Below, piece after piece: positions 62,549 through 64,000 of a stretch of 64,000 bases of DNA. This DNA is from Gemmatimonas aurantiaca (lineage in GTDB: Bacteria; Gemmatimonadota; Gemmatimonadetes; Gemmatimonadales; Gemmatimonadaceae). The first letter of the stretch is position 1. Each line of letters starts with the position of its first letter. Under the pieces are notes generated by a model. That model was not told the origin of the DNA and did no database searches. It was given only the letters and a program-made list of their open reading frames with translations. The translations under genes and the position numbers were made by a program. The DNA is taken from NCBI GenBank assembly GCA_044463245.1, contig JBIQMO010000002.1, forward strand, positions 10,338-74,337, given 5' to 3'.

Positions 62549-64000
62549 GTGTCTCGCAAGAATGCCGGTGACCTCATCGCCGTACTGGGTGGACCGGTGG
62601 CGGTCTTGGTCACTGCCCAATTCGTGGTGTACTCGCGTGGCGATTCAGCATTGTACGCCCTCATTGCCATCAGCCTGGCGCTCGGCGCCGCAAGCAACTG
62701 GTGGCGCTACGAACGGGATGGAAAGCAGCCCACGGCGCGGAATGTCAGGAACGGCGCGTGGCTTGGCACGATTGTGCTGCCACCGCTCCTGGCCCTCCTT
62801 CAAGGCGCCTCTACCTACTCCTTCGGGGAGGTTCTCGGCCGTGCGCTGGTGGTAGGCCTCTTCGCCGGTTATGTGGTCGGCGTCATCTATAAGACACGTG
62901 TAGAAGAGAAGCATGGAGCGAAGCCCGTTCGTGACAACGTGCCCCAATCCGCCGCGCGACACTCGAGCCACGCTGCACCCACGTCTTACATCCGGAAGTG
63001 CGATCGCATCGAGGTGGAGTGCCCTTACTGCGCTGAACTGATCCTCGCCAAGGCGCGATTCTGCAAGCACTGCCATAGAGATGTGGAGCCGCAGCTGCCG
63101 CAAGCAGCGCCGACGGCGCCGTCCCTCGATTCCGGATCGAGAGCTGGGTGCGCTGGAAGTGCACCCGCACCAGCGCCGCTGCCGGGCACTTCGACGCCGT
63201 CGCGGGGCAACGATGCAGCCGACGCGAAAGCCGAGCGTTCGCAGGCACATGGTGAGGCGGTATCGGCGGAGGAGAGTGGCATCCGAGGGTGGCTCGCGCT
63301 GTTCGTGGCACTCCAGGTGCTGGCCGCCGCGGTGCTCCTCTGCGCTGCCCCGATCTCCCTCTACGTGGTGTCGCTGGCCGGGCGAGGAACTGCCCACGTC
63401 GATGGCAGCCTTGCATCGAAACTGGCCTACATGGCAGCCGTAGAGCTCGCGTTGGGGGTGGCGATAGGGGTGGGCCTCCGCTGGACATGGAAGCGCGATG
63501 CACGTGCACCGAAGTTCTGGTCGTTCTTTCTCCTTCTGATCGTCCCGATCTGGACGTTGATGCTGTATCTCGCCGCGGCGATAGTGTTCCGCCTGGAGTC
63601 GCCCGGTGAGCACGCGGCCACGTTGGAGAGGTACGTGAAGGAGGTACTCTGGCTGTCTGCGATCGCTGCGATATGGCTCGGTTACTGGATGCGCTCGCGG
63701 CGCGTTCTCGCGACCTTCGGCACGGTGGGCTTTCGCGCTCCGGCGGCCCACACGCGCGATCAGTCACGCAGGCCGGAGCTCATGTCTGTTGTTGGATCCA
63801 GCGCGCTCGTTCTTGGTGCATGGGTAGTGCTGATCGGTGCGGTGAGATGGAGCCTCTCACGTGAAGGCGCCCTGGCGCCCGAGCGCCAGCCATCGAAGGC
63901 CGTGGATCCATTCGCCGGCATGACGCCGCTCTATCCGGACAGTTCAATGGACGGCTCGAGCGACAGTTCGACCAACCCCTTCGCCTTTCTGGGGAGTACC
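62549..64000 (+). CDS. Polytopic membrane protein with cytoplasmic zinc ribbon (partial, continues past the window end)
   Basis: The frame is open for 484 codons, from GTG 62549 (GGAG 10 nt upstream, in-frame TAG at 62540) to position 64000. It is absent from the ORF track because it has no stop. Hydrophobic helices plus CPYCAELILAKARFCKHC. The overlapping minus-strand ORFs are Arg-rich junk. Confidence 0.55.
   Translation, partial: MSRKNAGDLIAVLGGPVAVLVTAQFVVYSRGDSALYALIAISLALGAASNWWRYERDGKQPTARNVRNGAWLGTIVLPPLLALLQGASTYSFGEVLGRALVVGLFAGYVVGVIYKTRVEEKHGAKPVRDNVPQSAARHSSHAAPTSYIRKCDRIEVECPYCAELILAKARFCKHCHRDVEPQLPQAAPTAPSLDSGSRAGCAGSAPAPAPLPGTSTPSRGNDAADAKAERSQAHGEAVSAEESGIRGWLALFVALQVLAAAVLLCAAPISLYVVSLAGRGTAHVDGSLASKLAYMAAVELALGVAIGVGLRWTWKRDARAPKFWSFFLLLIVPIWTLMLYLAAAIVFRLESPGEHAATLERYVKEVLWLSAIAAIWLGYWMRSRRVLATFGTVGFRAPAAHTRDQSRRPELMSVVGSSALVLGAWVVLIGAVRWSLSREGALAPERQPSKAVDPFAGMTPLYPDSSMDGSSDSSTNPFAFLGST

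Larger units (their letters stand above)
37297..64000. mobile_element. Composite accessory region (stacked islands); right end not reached in this window
   Basis: It begins at the tRNA break. It shows a GC drop, mixed gene orientation, defence-type genes, a tyrosine recombinase, an R-M pair, a rolling-circle Rep, a relic permease and reiterated junction-like repeats. Confidence 0.6.

Noticed and set aside
62645-63751. 368-aa and 294-aa minus-strand ORFs at the window end
   Set aside because: They lie antisense to the open plus-strand frame that encodes TM helices and a zinc ribbon. Their translations are Arg/His/Gly-rich without structure.

Overview
High-GC 64-kb window from a diderm bacterium. 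The gene content looks Gemmatimonadota- or Acidobacteriota-like, which is an inference only. It has two very different halves.

(1) 1-37.2 kb is densely packed housekeeping DNA. Many ORF-track starts here are over-extended, so I trimmed them to starts that overlap or abut the upstream stop codon. Contents in order:
- a nine-gene outer-membrane/lipid A operon: bamA-skp-lpxD-lpxC/fabZ fusion-lpxA-Gfo/Idh/MocA oxidoreductase-lpxB-DUF374-lpxK
- gdh
- rlmH-bshC-murJ
- uvrC-thrC
- a double-cupredoxin lipoprotein
- larC
- a secreted TPR protein
- DUF512-der-plsY-gpsA-merR-GT2-surE-pcm
- an acidic low-complexity protein
- acyP-apt
- a three-gene phosphorelay

(2) At 37,255 a tRNA-Arg(CCU) gene is cut after about 42 nt. 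Everything from there to the window end is mosaic accessory DNA with visibly lower GC and mixed gene orientation. It contains:
- a 1014-aa DUF4365-type nuclease fused to an alpha-solenoid, next to a HEPN (RSKIVH) protein; this is my best candidate for an undescribed defence module
- two diverged copies of a 124-aa gene, each heading a sub-island
- a SEC-C-motif protein
- an AIPR-like protein
- a relic of a MacB/FtsX-type permease
- a tyrosine recombinase
- a BamHI-family R-M pair
- several small hypothetical genes
- a rolling-circle Rep/HNH module
- a YbjQ-domain fusion protein
- a zinc-ribbon membrane protein that the ORF track misses because it runs off the end

The accessory half is punctuated by about 10 copies of a GGGATCCCTGTCGGGG repeat, all in spacers between confidently called genes (one degenerate copy falls inside a low-confidence ORF call). 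It also carries a separate ~50-nt direct repeat abutting the integrase. Two unusual palindromic elements sit in the core half: an exact 80-bp palindrome and a 250-bp nested inverted repeat. I saw no rRNA, no intact tRNA and no CRISPR array. All family assignments come from motif recognition by eye, with no database search.
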